From Trueperaceae bacterium (GTDB lineage Bacteria > Deinococcota > Deinococci > Deinococcales > Trueperaceae): DNA of 64,000 nt. The notes under the pieces are model-generated. The model was not told where the DNA came from and made no database searches. It saw only the letters and a program-made list of their open reading frames with translations. The translations under genes and the position numbers were made by a program. The stretch's first letter is position 1; each line of letters opens with the position of its first letter. The DNA is taken from the NCBI GenBank assembly GCA_965213925.1, contig OZ243927.1, forward strand, positions 1,088,001 to 1,152,000, given 5' to 3'. Of this stretch, positions 1 through 10,269 are shown in pieces.

Positions 1-340
1 CCAAGTTGATCAAGGCATTGGGCTCGGTTGCACCAGGTCTCAAAACCGACAAGAAAAAAGCAGCGGGCAGCAAAATTGCCGACAGAGGAACCGCAAAACT
101 CACGAACCTCTTGAGGCTATGGGGCAGTTTCGCGCCGTCCACGTAAAGCAGCGCTACGAGCGAAAGGATAAGGAGGACGCCCGCATGGGCGTGACCCGCT
201 CGCCAGAGGTCTTGACGCAACGGGTTTTGTGTGTAGGCGGGATCATTAACGAGCAGCGTGAGAAGGCTGACGCCACCATAGATGACGGTGGGCAAGATGA
301 TGAGCAGCAGCCCAGCGTGGCGGCGTGTTTCGGTGCTCAT
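1..340 (-). CDS. Small membrane protein, runs off the window edge (MSTETRRHAGLLLIILPTVIYGGVSLL...QDLWRAGHAHAGVLLILSL...)
   Basis: Translated by hand; ATG at 340 just after the upstream stop at 342; open to position 1; hydrophobic helices; not in the ORF track. Confidence 0.8.
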   Translation of the reverse strand, partial: MSTETRRHAGLLLIILPTVIYGGVSLLTLLVNDPAYTQNPLRQDLWRAGHAHAGVLLILSLVALLYVDGAKLPHSLKRFVSFAVPLSAILLPAAFFLSVLRPGATEPNALINL

Positions 341-341
341 C

Positions 342-1046
342 TCAGCCTCTCGCAATCTCTAAGGCTCGCTTTGACTTAGCCTCAAACTTGCGCTTGTAGT
401 AGCCTATCCACTGCCCGACGAAGATTCCGCCGACAACACCCGGCAGAGCCCAGACGGTCCACTCGAGGCTCTCCGGCAAAAGCGGTCCCACGTTCTGCAC
501 CATGAACGCCGTCACCGCCGCGAGGTAGCCGCTCAGCATCCGGTCCATGTGGTAGTACCACCACCAGTTGCGGTTTTTGGGCGTGGTGACGAAGCTGCGC
601 AGGTCTACCCACGCCATCTGCGCGAGAAAAGCGCCAAAGGCGATACCCAGGACGGAAAAGCTGACGGGGACGTCGCTCGAGCTGAGCCCGAGCAGCGGCA
701 GCGCGCCCCAGAGGATGAACGCAGCACCCGCGAGCAGGGCGACGCTCGCGCCGAACCAGTCGAGCCACGTTGCCCTTTGTCCTCGTTCCGGGCGTTTGCG
801 GCGCAAAGAACGTGTGCCTGAAAAGACCGCATAAAAGCTCAAAATCGAGATGATGAAGAGGAACATGTTCGGGCGAAAGGCGAGTAGCGCCACCGCGCTC
901 ACAAAAATCACGAACATCGCCCAGAAGAAGATCCAGCCCCAGCGCCTATGTGCTTTGCCCCCTTTGCGCACCGCCATCGCCACGGGCGCGACGACGAGCG
1001 CAGTCGTCCCCGCCGCCACGTGCGTGAACACCAAAAGAGGCTCCAC
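342..1046 (-). CDS. DUF2306-like integral membrane protein
   Basis: About 6 TM segments, KGGxxHRRWG motif, WWYYHMDRM motif. Confidence 0.75.
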   Translation of the reverse strand: MEPLLVFTHVAAGTTALVVAPVAMAVRKGGKAHRRWGWIFFWAMFVIFVSAVALLAFRPNMFLFIISILSFYAVFSGTRSLRRKRPERGQRATWLDWFGASVALLAGAAFILWGALPLLGLSSSDVPVSFSVLGIAFGAFLAQMAWVDLRSFVTTPKNRNWWWYYHMDRMLSGYLAAVTAFMVQNVGPLLPESLEWTVWALPGVVGGIFVGQWIGYYKRKFEAKSKRALEIARG

Positions 1047-1047
1047 G

Positions 1048-1578
1048 CTAACCTCGCCGTTCCAAGAGCAGCCAGACGCCGAAGCCAGCGAGCATCAAGG
1101 GCCACGTGTAACTCAGCAGGGCCAAGACGGGTTCGGCTTGGGCGCTCAAGATGAGGACGCCGAGCACGCTGAGCACGGCTGCCGGGATGAACGCCCAAGT
1201 GTGCGGCGCGTCGCCGAAAATCGAGCAAAGTAGCGGTACGCTCCACCACCCGAGCGAGAGCGCGAGCAGAAACGCGCCTCCTTGCACGTCGTCGCTCATC
1301 ATGCTGGCGAAAGGCGCTTCTGCAACGTAACTGCCGAGGCCGAGACCCGCCAAGATGCTACCGGGGATAAACCAGCCCGACTCACGGCGCAAGATGCCGA
1401 TAGCGATAAGCCCGAGCGCGAGGATAGGGAGTGTGAACGGGTCCATATCGAAGAGGCGCGTCAGCAGGAAAAAGGCACCTAGCGCGATCAGCAGCGCACC
1501 GGGGCTGAGAAGGGACTCGAGTCGTTTCGGCAAGCGGCGCGGCGTTTTGCTATACGCAGTTTCACTGGGTTGGGACAT
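1048..1578 (-). CDS. Multi-pass membrane protein (LiaF/LiaI-like TM segments)
   Basis: AGGAGG RBS before ATG 1578; TM helices; WPLMLAGFGVWLL C-terminus. Confidence 0.7.
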   Translation of the reverse strand: MSQPSETAYSKTPRRLPKRLESLLSPGALLIALGAFFLLTRLFDMDPFTLPILALGLIAIGILRRESGWFIPGSILAGLGLGSYVAEAPFASMMSDDVQGGAFLLALSLGWWSVPLLCSIFGDAPHTWAFIPAAVLSVLGVLILSAQAEPVLALLSYTWPLMLAGFGVWLLLERRG

Positions 1579-1625
1579 GGCGAACCTCCTGCTCAAAGCG
1601 TAGCCGCTGAGCATATATGGGCGCA

Positions 1626-1676
1626 TGTGCTAGAGGTCATCCTCGAAAGCTGTTTGAGAGCATGACTTCTGGCACG
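1626..1676. promoter_or_regulatory. Imperfect inverted repeat between the membrane operon and the two-component genes; candidate response-regulator operator
   Basis: TGTGCTAGAGGTCAT (1626-1640) and ATGACTTCTGGCACG (1662-1676). Confidence 0.45.
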
Positions 1677-1714
1677 GGTCTTGACGGAGTAACAACGAGT
1701 AAACTAAACGTCTA

Positions 1715-2854
1715 GTGAAAGATACAAAGACGAGCGACTGGTTTCTCTGCCTAGCCGGTCTCGCGGCGTGGCTCGTAGCGGGTTTGCCCGTGTTTGCGGA
1801 CCTCGCGCAGCGACCTGACTCTCTGCTAGAAGCGCGTTACCTGGGGTGGCTTTTGGCTTTTTTCACCTTCGGCGCGGCGTTCTGGCAGGTCAGCCGCAAG
1901 GGAGAGCATGTCCGCAACCAACGGCACCTAGCCGCGCTCATGGGCGTGCAACTCCTCGCCATATTAGCGGCGCTCGCGCTCATCCCCTTCGACCTCGCCA
2001 GCGTGCTCTTCGTCATCCTCGCCTCGCAGTACGCTTGGCTCGGCTCGCTCCGGCTCGCGCTGGGTCTCGTTCTTTTGCAGAGCGCCGCCGCCACTCTTAT
2101 TCACCTGCTGATTAGCGACTGGTCTAGCGTCCAACTGGTGTTTAGTACGGGCATCTACCTGAGCTTCCAGATGTTCGCGCTTTTCACCTCTTACGCCGCG
2201 CTCAGCGAGGCGAAGGCGAAGGGAGAACTCGCCCAGGTCAACGCCGAACTCCGCGCTACGCAAGCCCTCCTAGCGGAGAGCAGCCGCGCAAGCGAACGAG
2301 TGAGAATTGCCCGCGACCTCCACGACCTCATGGGGCACCACCTCACCGCGCTGAGCCTGAATTTGGAAGTTGCCTCGCACGTTTCCGAAGGAAAGTCGTT
2401 AGAGCACGTCCAGAAAGCGCAGTCTCTGACCAAACTCCTCCTAAGCGACGTACGTGAGACGGTCAGCACCTTGCGAGAGGACACCGCACTCGACCTCTCT
2501 GCAGCGTTGGAAATGCTCACCCGCGACATTCCTAGCTTGAAGATTCACCTAGATTTACCTCGAGATTTAGACCTAGACGACCCCCACCGCGCCCAAGTCG
2601 CCCTGCGCTGCGTGCAAGAGGTCATCACGAATACGCTCAAACATGCGCACGCGGAGAATTTGTGGCTCGAGCTGCGCCACACCCCGAGCGGTATAGAAAT
2701 TAGTGCTCGCGACGACGGACGCGGCGCAAAAGAGGTCACGGTAGGCAATGGGCTGAGCGGGATGAAAGAGAGGCTCACCTCACTCGGCGGCGACCTCTCG
2801 CTGACCTCTTCCCCCGGCGAAGGGTTCACCTTGCACGCCAAGCTACCCGCATGA
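1715..2854 (+). CDS. Membrane sensor histidine kinase (HisKA_3, DesK/LiaS-like)
   Basis: TM N-terminus, ERVRIARDLHD H-box, DDGRG and GNGLSGMKER HATPase motifs. Confidence 0.92.
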   Translation: MKDTKTSDWFLCLAGLAAWLVAGLPVFADLAQRPDSLLEARYLGWLLAFFTFGAAFWQVSRKGEHVRNQRHLAALMGVQLLAILAALALIPFDLASVLFVILASQYAWLGSLRLALGLVLLQSAAATLIHLLISDWSSVQLVFSTGIYLSFQMFALFTSYAALSEAKAKGELAQVNAELRATQALLAESSRASERVRIARDLHDLMGHHLTALSLNLEVASHVSEGKSLEHVQKAQSLTKLLLSDVRETVSTLREDTALDLSAALEMLTRDIPSLKIHLDLPRDLDLDDPHRAQVALRCVQEVITNTLKHAHAENLWLELRHTPSGIEISARDDGRGAKEVTVGNGLSGMKERLTSLGGDLSLTSSPGEGFTLHAKLPA

Positions 2855-3492
2855 TTCGCGTCTCTTTGGTGGACGACCAGACGCTCGTGCGGCAAGGGAT
2901 CAAGAGTCTGCTCGAGCTTGCCGACGACATTGAAGTCATCGCCGAAGCCTCCGACGGCGCGGAAGGCTTAGCGGTCATCGCGGAGACGAAACCCGATGTC
3001 GTTCTCTTAGATTTGCGAATGCCTAAGTTAGACGGCTTAGGCGTGCTAAGAGGTCTAAAGAGCGCCGAGCACGCCCCACCCGTTCTGATTCTCACCACCT
3101 TCGATGACGACGCGCTCGTCTTAGAAGGGCTTAAACTCGGCGCGAAGGGCTACCTCTTAAAAGACGTGTCTTTAGAACAGCTCGTGAACGCGGTACACAC
3201 GCTCCATGAGGGAAGAACGCTCATTCAACCCGCCGTCACCGAGCGCATTTTGCGCGGGCTCGGCAACCTCAACACAGATTATCCCAGCCTGGACACGCCC
3301 GACCCCTTGACCGAGCGCGAGCGCGAAGTGCTGCGGCTTATGGCGGGGGGCTACACGAACCGCGATATTGCGGGGGCACTAGGCGTGTCAGAAGGAACCG
3401 TCAAAAATCACGTCTCTTCGGTGCTCTCGAAATTTGGGGTGAAAGACCGGACGCGGGCGGTGTTGAAGGGGCTCGAGCAAGGCTTGGTTTAA
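2851..3492 (+). CDS. NarL/LuxR-family response regulator
   Basis: REC domain (VDD...LLDLRMP) plus LuxR HTH (LTEREREVL...TVKNHVS). Confidence 0.95.
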   Translation: MIRVSLVDDQTLVRQGIKSLLELADDIEVIAEASDGAEGLAVIAETKPDVVLLDLRMPKLDGLGVLRGLKSAEHAPPVLILTTFDDDALVLEGLKLGAKGYLLKDVSLEQLVNAVHTLHEGRTLIQPAVTERILRGLGNLNTDYPSLDTPDPLTEREREVLRLMAGGYTNRDIAGALGVSEGTVKNHVSSVLSKFGVKDRTRAVLKGLEQGLV

Positions 3493-4244
3493 CCCTCCAC
3501 CTCCACACTTTCATTCACGTCACTCGGCACCTCAAACCCCCCATGCTCCAAGGTTTCATAATATTCGTCAATCTCTTCAGGAATCGACTCGACTTTGTCT
3601 ACCACTTTGAAGAGGTGCATGTCTTTGGGCGCAATCGTGCCCATCTCTAGGAGGGTGTCCTCGAGCCAATCCAAGAGCCCGCCCCAAAACTCTTTCCCGA
3701 CTAAGTAGATGGGAAAGGGTTTAATTTTCTTGGTCTGAATGAGGGTTAATGACTCGAATAGCTCGTCGATCGTGCCGAAGCCGCCGGGGAAGACGACGAA
3801 GGCGGTGGAGTATTTGACCAACATCACCTTGCGGATGAAGAAGTAACGGAAGTTCAGTTCGTCGGTCAAGTAGGGGTTCGCGCCCTGCTCGAAAGGCAGG
3901 TCGATGTTTAAGCCGATGGAGCGCCCTTTCGCCTCATATGCGCCCTTGTTGCCCGCCTCCATGATGCCGGGTCCGCCGCCCGTGATGACGGTGTAGTCGC
4001 ATTCGGCGAGCTTTTTTGCCAAACGTTCGGCTTGTTCGTAGTAAGGATGGTCCGCCTTGAGCCGCGCTGAGCCGAAAATCGTGACGGCTTTGCCTACGTC
4101 GCTCATGTCTTCGAAGCCCTGTACAAACTCGCCCATGATGCGAAAGAGCCGCCAGGATTCGCCGGCTAGGGCGTCGATAACGTATTGTTTCTCAGGTTTT
4201 TTGCCGTAGCCACGGTTGTTTCCGCGTCTATGAATATCGTCCAT
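3489..4244 (-). CDS. LOG-family (TIGR00730) nucleotide phosphoribohydrolase
   Basis: TGGGPGIME and PGGFGTIDE motifs; start taken at MDDIHRR. Confidence 0.9.
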   Translation of the reverse strand: MDDIHRRGNNRGYGKKPEKQYVIDALAGESWRLFRIMGEFVQGFEDMSDVGKAVTIFGSARLKADHPYYEQAERLAKKLAECDYTVITGGGPGIMEAGNKGAYEAKGRSIGLNIDLPFEQGANPYLTDELNFRYFFIRKVMLVKYSTAFVVFPGGFGTIDELFESLTLIQTKKIKPFPIYLVGKEFWGGLLDWLEDTLLEMGTIAPKDMHLFKVVDKVESIPEEIDEYYETLEHGGFEVPSDVNESVEVEG

Positions 4245-4452
4245 GCTGTATGCTACCTCTTGATGTCGGTAGGAGAAAGTTAAATAGCAGGCTCGAGCCC
4301 CGACGTAAACACGCCGGGCTTTCATGTTAGAGCGCTGAAACTGTGATGGCGTTACGCACCTAAACTCGGTACAATAGCGGTCTAACCCTATCTCGAGCCC
4401 AGTCGCTCAACGCTGGCTCCAAAATCTTGTCTAAAACCTTGGAGGTTACGTA

Positions 4453-5799
4453 GTGAAGAAGTTCGTGTTGGTCATCATCTGCGCCTTTATCTTGTCCCTC
4501 GGTTTGGCGCAAACCGAGGTCAGAACGCAGCTAGAGGGAATCCTCACCCAGTTGGAAGAGGCGCTCGCCGGGCTCGAGGTCAGCGACGCCCTGCGCGAAG
4601 ACGTCCGCGCCCTGCGCGAAGACGTGCAGGCGCAGCTCGCCGGCTTACAAGAGGGCGGGCAAGAAGCGCAAGGGACGCAGCAAGAGGACGCACCGTCAGG
4701 TGAGGTGCAGTCGCCCCTAGAGGCAGCCTTGCGCGAGGAGAACCAGGCGCTAGCGGCGCGGCTCAGCAACTTTCAAGAGGCGTTCGTCGCCGCGCAGGTC
4801 GAACTGCAGTCGCTCGGGCAAGAGGTGAGCAGCCTGCAAGCGGAACGCGACGAACTGCAAGGCAACCTCGGGTCGCAGACGCAGCGCTCGGACGCTTTGG
4901 GTATCGAACGCGACACGCTGACTCAGCAGCTAGAGAGCGCGCAAGCACAGAATCAGGAACTTAATAGCACCTTAGAAGAGGTGCAGGCGCAACTCCAGCA
5001 AGCCCAGGGCGAACAGGCGCAGCTCGAGCAGCAGCGCAGCGAACTCGGCGCGGAGAATGAACAGCTCGCCCAGCAGCTAGAGGCCGCGCAAACGCAGAAT
5101 CAGGAGCTTAGAAGCACCCTAGAAGCGGCGCAGAGCGAGGCGTCTTCGCTAGAGGAGCAACTCGCCGCCTTGACACAGCAGAGCCAGGAGCAGAGCGCAG
5201 CGGGGCAGGCGGAAAGGGAGGAATTGCAGAGCCAGCTCGAAGCGTCCCAAGGTGAACAAGCGGACCTCTCTGAGCAGCTCGAGCAAGCTCAAGCTGAACA
5301 AGCCGACCTCTCTGAGCAACTTAGCGAGGCGACGAGCGGCAGCGAGCAGCTCAGCCAGCAGCTAGAGAGCGCGCAAACTGAGCGCGACCAGCTACTGAGC
5401 AGGTTAAACAGCGCTCTAAGTCAAGAGCAGAGCCTAGAAGAGAGTTTGACGCCGCAAGCAGACCAGTTAGAAAGAGCGCGCACCCAAGCGTCCGAGGCGG
5501 CCGAAGCGTACCTCATGATGCGGCAGGAAACGCCGAACTTAAATCTTGTGGACGAGGCGCGGCGCAGCGAGGTCGAGGCGGCGCAGCAACGCCTTTTGGA
5601 GGCGCAACGTGCCGTCGCCCGCTTGAGCGGCGCACAGGCAACTTACACCGTTCGCTCCGGCGACTTTCTCTCCGGCATCGCCGACCTCTTCTATGGGACC
5701 GGAGGTCGCTGGACGGACATCGTCGACGCAAACGGTTACGTGTTAGACGACCCCGACGCGCTCATTCCGGGAATGGTGTTGGTAATCCCGGCGGGTTAG
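4453..5799 (+). CDS. Secreted long coiled-coil protein with C-terminal LysM domain
   Basis: Signal peptide, Q/E/L heptads, YTVRSGDFLSGIA...LIPGMVLVIP. Confidence 0.85.
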   Translation: MKKFVLVIICAFILSLGLAQTEVRTQLEGILTQLEEALAGLEVSDALREDVRALREDVQAQLAGLQEGGQEAQGTQQEDAPSGEVQSPLEAALREENQALAARLSNFQEAFVAAQVELQSLGQEVSSLQAERDELQGNLGSQTQRSDALGIERDTLTQQLESAQAQNQELNSTLEEVQAQLQQAQGEQAQLEQQRSELGAENEQLAQQLEAAQTQNQELRSTLEAAQSEASSLEEQLAALTQQSQEQSAAGQAEREELQSQLEASQGEQADLSEQLEQAQAEQADLSEQLSEATSGSEQLSQQLESAQTERDQLLSRLNSALSQEQSLEESLTPQADQLERARTQASEAAEAYLMMRQETPNLNLVDEARRSEVEAAQQRLLEAQRAVARLSGAQATYTVRSGDFLSGIADLFYGTGGRWTDIVDANGYVLDDPDALIPGMVLVIPAG

Positions 5800-5954
5800 G
5801 GCTCATCTCGAGCGCTGAATTGCAACTGACCCTCTTCGTCCGCGACCCAAGTCCAGTTGCCTGAAAGCACATCTTTATCCTCTACAACAAGAGGTGATGT
5901 AGGACTATATTGCAGGAGAAGAGGTCTCGAGCGAGACCTCTTCTCTATATTTAG

Positions 5955-6181
5955 TACAGCGTTAGCTAAAAACTGAAGCATGTCATTCTGAGCGGAATCC
6001 TCACCAGGGCAGGCTCCGTAGAGCGTAAGAATCTCTGACCTTGCTGACTCCTCTGACAGAGAACGAAAGTTACGCAGTTTTGGCATAGCCAACCGAGACC
6101 CTCACGCCTTCGCCGAAGCTTCGCTCTACTTCGTGAACAGGGTGACATGCTAATAAGTAGCAAAACTTGCTTAACGGTGTA
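5955..6181. repeat. REP/MITE-like element, copy 1 (second copy inverted at 29124-29289)
   Basis: Shares CATGTCATTCTGA, AAGAATCTCTGACCTTGCTGACTCCTCTG, GAGACCCTCACGCCTTCG and CAGGGTGACATGCT.ATAAGTAGCAA.ACTTGCTTAACG.TGTA with copy 2. Confidence 0.8.
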
Positions 6182-6316
6182 TTTAGCTTCTCTATGTTTA
6201 GTGGAGTTCGGACCCTTACGGTGCGCCATGTGTGCACTTTACAGCTAAAACCTCTTCCGCACCTCACTGTAAGAAGAAGTCGCCTGTACAGTTTAGTTTG
6301 ACACCCTCATTTTAAG

Positions 6317-7797
6317 ATGGTGGGCATGTCTTCTACCGCTTCCGCCGACAATCTACCCGACACCACTACCCCCGAATGGGTCCGCGACGCCGTCTTCTAC
6401 CAAATTTTTCCCGACCGCTTCGCGAAGAGTGAGCGCGTACGCAAAGCGAGCAATTTAGAAACCTGGGAGAGCCCGCCCACCGTCCACGGCTACAAGGGCG
6501 GCGACCTCTTGGGCGTGGTGGAGCACCTCGACTACTTGCAGGACTTGGGCATTACCGCGCTCTACTTCAACCCGGTTTTCCAGTCCGCCTCGAACCACCG
6601 CTACCACACGCACGACTACTACCAAGTTGACCCGATGTTGGGCGGTAACGCGGCGTTAAGAGAACTTGTCGATGCGTGTTACGAACGCGGGCTGAAGATC
6701 GTGTTGGACGGGGTCTTTAACCACTCGAGCCGCGGCTTCTTTCAGTTCAACGACATTTTGGAGAACGGTCCGCACAGCGCGTACTTGGATTGGTTCAACA
6801 TTCGCGAGCTGCCCCTTAAAGCGTATAGCGGCGAAGACGGCGACAGGCTCGGCTACGACGCCTGGTGGGGGCTGCCCGCCCTGCCGAAATTCAACACGGA
6901 CACCTCGGCGGTACGCGACTTCTTGTGGAACGTGGGGACGTACTGGTTGGAGTTCGGCATTGACGGCTGGCGCTTGGATGTGCCCAATGAGATCGGCGAC
7001 GACGCTTTTGGCAGGAGTTCCGCCGCCGCTGCCGCGCGGTGAACCCCGAGTGCTACATCGTCGGCGAAATCTGGGATGACGCGAGCCACTGGTTAAAGGG
7101 TGACCAGTTCGATGCGGTGATGAACTACCCCTTTACCCGCGCGGCGTTCGGCTTCACTGCAACCTCGCTCAACGAGAAAGAGATCGCACGGTGCGGCTAC
7201 CAACACATCCCCAAGCTGGACGCGACCTCGTTCGCCGCCGCCGCCGAAACTTTGCTGCACGACCACCGTCCGGAAATCACCGAGGTGCAGCTCAACCTCT
7301 TGGGTAGTCACGACACGCCGAGGGCGCTCACGGTGGTGAACGGCGACGAAGCGGCGTACCGCATGGCGCTCCTTTTCCAGATGACCTTTCCCGGTGCGCC
7401 CTGCCTCTATTACGGCGATGAGTTGGGGCTCGAGGGCGGGCACGACCCCGAGTGCCGCCAAGGAATGCCCTGGAACGATAAAGAAGCTTGGAATGAGGCG
7501 TTGCTAGACTACACCAAAACCCTCATCAAACTGCGCCTAGAGTACCCCGCTCTGCGGCGCGGCGCGTTCGAGACGCTGCACGTCTCAGAAGACCTCTACG
7601 TCTACACGAAGAGGTCAGAAGGTGAAACTTTCGTCGGTTTTCTCAATGTAGGGAGTGGCGTGAAAGTGACACAGTTGGCGTTGCCGGACGGAAGCTACCA
7701 AGACCTCTTGAACGGTGAGACCTTTACCGTGCAAGAGGAGAGGTTGGATGTAGACCTCCCAGCGCGTTCCGGTGCACTCTTTCAAAAAGTGGGCTAA
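6317..7797 (+). pseudogene. GH13 neopullulanase/cyclomaltodextrinase split by a 1-nt frameshift (or a sequencing error)
   Basis: [21 protein letters not shown] and LLGSHD motifs; adding one T to the T4 run at 7006-7009 restores [17 protein letters not shown]. Confidence 0.85.
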
Positions 7798-7826
7798 AAA
7801 AGAGGGCACCTCAGCGGTGCCCCTTC
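7797..7826. terminator. Intrinsic terminator between convergent genes
   Basis: A-run plus AGGGCACC-tcagc-GGTGCCCT hairpin. Confidence 0.7.
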
Positions 7827-7842
7827 AAACCTATCCTAAGTT

Positions 7843-8220
7843 TTAACGCTTCGCTTTCGCCTTCTCTTCGGTTTGAACCGGCGTCAGCGCCTCGTCGTCG
7901 CGCTCGCCCGTGCGGATGCGCACAACGCGCTCTAAAGGTTGCACGAAGATTTTGCCGTCGCCGACCTCGCCGGAGCGGGCGGACTTGACGATGGCGTCGA
8001 TCGTCGTGTCGATAAAGGCTTCGCTTACAGCGATCTCGAGCTTGACCTTGTCGTGGAATTCGACGACGTATTGGCTCCCCCGGTACTGCTCCACGACGCC
8101 GCCTTGCCCACCGTGACCGCTGACGCGGGAGATGGTGATGCCCCTCACGCCCGCCTTAAAGAGCGCCTCTTTGACCTCGGATAGTTTGTTCGGGCGAATC
8201 ACTGCGGTGATGAGTTTCAT
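7843..8220 (-). CDS. glnK: Nitrogen regulatory protein P-II
   Basis: MKLITAVIRP, T-loop YRG, GDGKIFV, RIRTGE; adjacent to amt. Confidence 0.93.
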   Translation of the reverse strand: MKLITAVIRPNKLSEVKEALFKAGVRGITISRVSGHGGQGGVVEQYRGSQYVVEFHDKVKLEIAVSEAFIDTTIDAIVKSARSGEVGDGKIFVQPLERVVRIRTGERDDEALTPVQTEEKAKAKR

Positions 8221-8243
8221 GTAGGCCCTTTCGTCTCGTTTCC

Positions 8244-9554
8244 TCAGTCGCCCGCTGCCGCTGTGACAACGACCGAATCACCGACGGTGTCTTTACCTGC
8301 GTACGCCTCCGTGCCGTGCTCGACGAGGTCGAGTCCGGTGATCTCCTCTTGCGGCGACACGCGGATGCCGATGGTCACTTTGAGTAGGTAGAAGATGACG
8401 AAGCCTGCGGCAAACGCCGCGACTGCGTAAGAAAGCGTGCCGATTGCCTGCACACCTAAATTGCCGCCGCCGAAAATGCCGACCGCGAGCGTGCCCCAGA
8501 TGCCGCAGACGCCGTGTACCGAAATCGCGCCGACGGGATCATCTACGCGGATGCGGTCGAACATCAGCACGCTGAAGACGACGATTACACCTGCGATTGC
8601 GCCGACGAGCACCGCTGAAAAACCCGTGATGACGTCGGGTCCAGCGGTGATACCGACGAGACCCGCCAACACGCCGTTAATGGTCATGGAGAAGTCGGGC
8701 TTTTTGAACAGCGCCCAAGAGGTGAACATCGCCGCGATCGCGCCCGCCGCCGCCGCTAAGTTCGTGTTGAGGAAGATGTTCGCAATCGCTTCGGCGTCCG
8801 CTTGTGAGCTGTAGGCAAGCTGCGAGCCGGGGTTGAAACCGAACCAACCGATCCAGAGGAGGAAAACGCCCAAACCCGCTAATGCCATGTTGTGCCCCGG
8901 CATCGCGTTGACCTTGCCGCCCGCGTAGCGCCCGATGCGCGGACCGATCGCTAACACCCCGCCGAGCGCCGCGAAGCCGCCCACCGCGTGCACGACAGAA
9001 GAACCCGCGAAGTCCGCGAAGCCCATCTGCGAGAGCCAGCCGCCGCCCCACTGCCAGTACCCTAGGAAGGGGTAGATAAGCGCCGTCATTGCCACGGTAA
9101 AGACGAGGTACGCCGGGAACTTCATCCGCCCGGCGATCGCGCCCGAGACGATGGTCGCCGCCGTCGCCGCGAAGACCATCTGGAAGATGAAGTCAGCCGC
9201 GACGGGAACGTTCATGCCTGTTTCGTACCCGTTTAGACCCCAGAAAATCTGCCCGTCGCTCCGGTACATGAGCCCGAAGCCGACCGCCCAGAACGCCAAG
9301 CCCGCCACGGCGAAGTCGGCGAAGTTTTTCATGAAGATATTGATGACGTTTTTCGCGCCGATTAGACCTGCTTCCAAGAGGGCGAAGCCGGGTTGCATAA
9401 AGGCGACTAAAACCGCGAAGAAGAGAATGGCGATGGTCTCGAGCGCAAACGCTACCTCACCCGCCGCTGCCGCGTCACCACCCTCTTGCGCGAACGCGCC
9501 GCCTGAGAGCAGACATAGAGAGAGTGCTAAGAGAACGTAGGAGAGCCTTTTCAT
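8244..9554 (-). CDS. amtB: Ammonium transporter
   Basis: DFAGSSVVH, GWFGFNPGS and DDPVGAISVHG motifs. Confidence 0.95.
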   Translation of the reverse strand: MKRLSYVLLALSLCLLSGGAFAQEGGDAAAAGEVAFALETIAILFFAVLVAFMQPGFALLEAGLIGAKNVINIFMKNFADFAVAGLAFWAVGFGLMYRSDGQIFWGLNGYETGMNVPVAADFIFQMVFAATAATIVSGAIAGRMKFPAYLVFTVAMTALIYPFLGYWQWGGGWLSQMGFADFAGSSVVHAVGGFAALGGVLAIGPRIGRYAGGKVNAMPGHNMALAGLGVFLLWIGWFGFNPGSQLAYSSQADAEAIANIFLNTNLAAAAGAIAAMFTSWALFKKPDFSMTINGVLAGLVGITAGPDVITGFSAVLVGAIAGVIVVFSVLMFDRIRVDDPVGAISVHGVCGIWGTLAVGIFGGGNLGVQAIGTLSYAVAAFAAGFVIFYLLKVTIGIRVSPQEEITGLDLVEHGTEAYAGKDTVGDSVVVTAAAGD

Positions 9555-9869
9555 ATTTACCTCCGGGGGGATGCTGCTTCAAACGAGCAGTCTGATACTT
9601 AGAATATGAATTAAATTGCAAAGTGTCAAGTGCAAATACGCACTCAACTAAAAAAAGCAAAACGAGAAAAGAAAAATTCTGAGTTTTTGAACTCGGTGTT
9701 ACCAAAAAATTGTACGCTAACAAGAAAAACGTTTACAGTGTTTTCATAAGTATTTACACGGTGCTTGCGAGAAGGGGTGGGATTAGGCTCGAGCCTCGTA
9801 ACGAACGTCTTCGGTGAAAACATTTGTCGGGCGGCTCGAGTCTCACTCCGTCCTACCATTTCCGGGTAA

Positions 9870-10025
9870 TACCCTTTCCGGTTGAATACGAAACTTTATT
9901 TCGTATTCAATCCGAGCGGATGCGTTCACGAAGTCGGGCTTTAGCTTTGCATAAGCAGCTACGGATTCCGGTGAGTAACGCCATCCTGCGAATGTATTTT
10001 GTAGTGGATTCACCCGGAATCCGTA
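9870..10025. mobile_element. MITE-like element (TAC..TTCCG...CGGAATCCGTA family) with TAA target duplication
   Basis: TAA flanks at 9867-9869 and 10026-10028; internal TACGGATTCCG at 9960. Confidence 0.7.
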
Positions 10026-10068
10026 TAATTCCTAAAGGAATTATCCTGAATGTAACGAGTCGAAAAGA

Positions 10069-10134
10069 CACGGATTCTGGTTGTGGACGGAACAAACTCG
10101 CTAAAGTTTGTGCCGTGTTCAACCGGAGTCCGTA
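10069..10134. mobile_element. Short copy of the same MITE family
   Basis: CACGGATTCTGGTTG...CAACCGGAGTCCGTA inverted ends. Confidence 0.6.
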
Positions 10135-10269
10135 TCACGCCACTATCAAAGAGCCAAAGCTCTGCCGCGTAAGAGACCATCACCTGACTGTCTATCCGTC
10201 CACCGCCACACGGAGCTTGATACAATGCGTGCGCCTTGAGAGGTCGCTCAAGGACCCCGAGGAAGCCTA

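Noticed and set aside
4900..5400. Repeated DNA segments in the LysM gene as a possible array
   Set aside because: They are in-frame coiled-coil repeats, not CRISPR
5796..6092. 98-aa minus-strand ORF
   Set aside because: Its N-terminal part lies inside the REP-like repeat; the rest may be a gene remnant but cannot be assigned
9560..9760. Possible GlnR/TnrA box upstream of amtB
   Set aside because: TGTTA...TAACA spacing is 16 nt rather than the canonical 7
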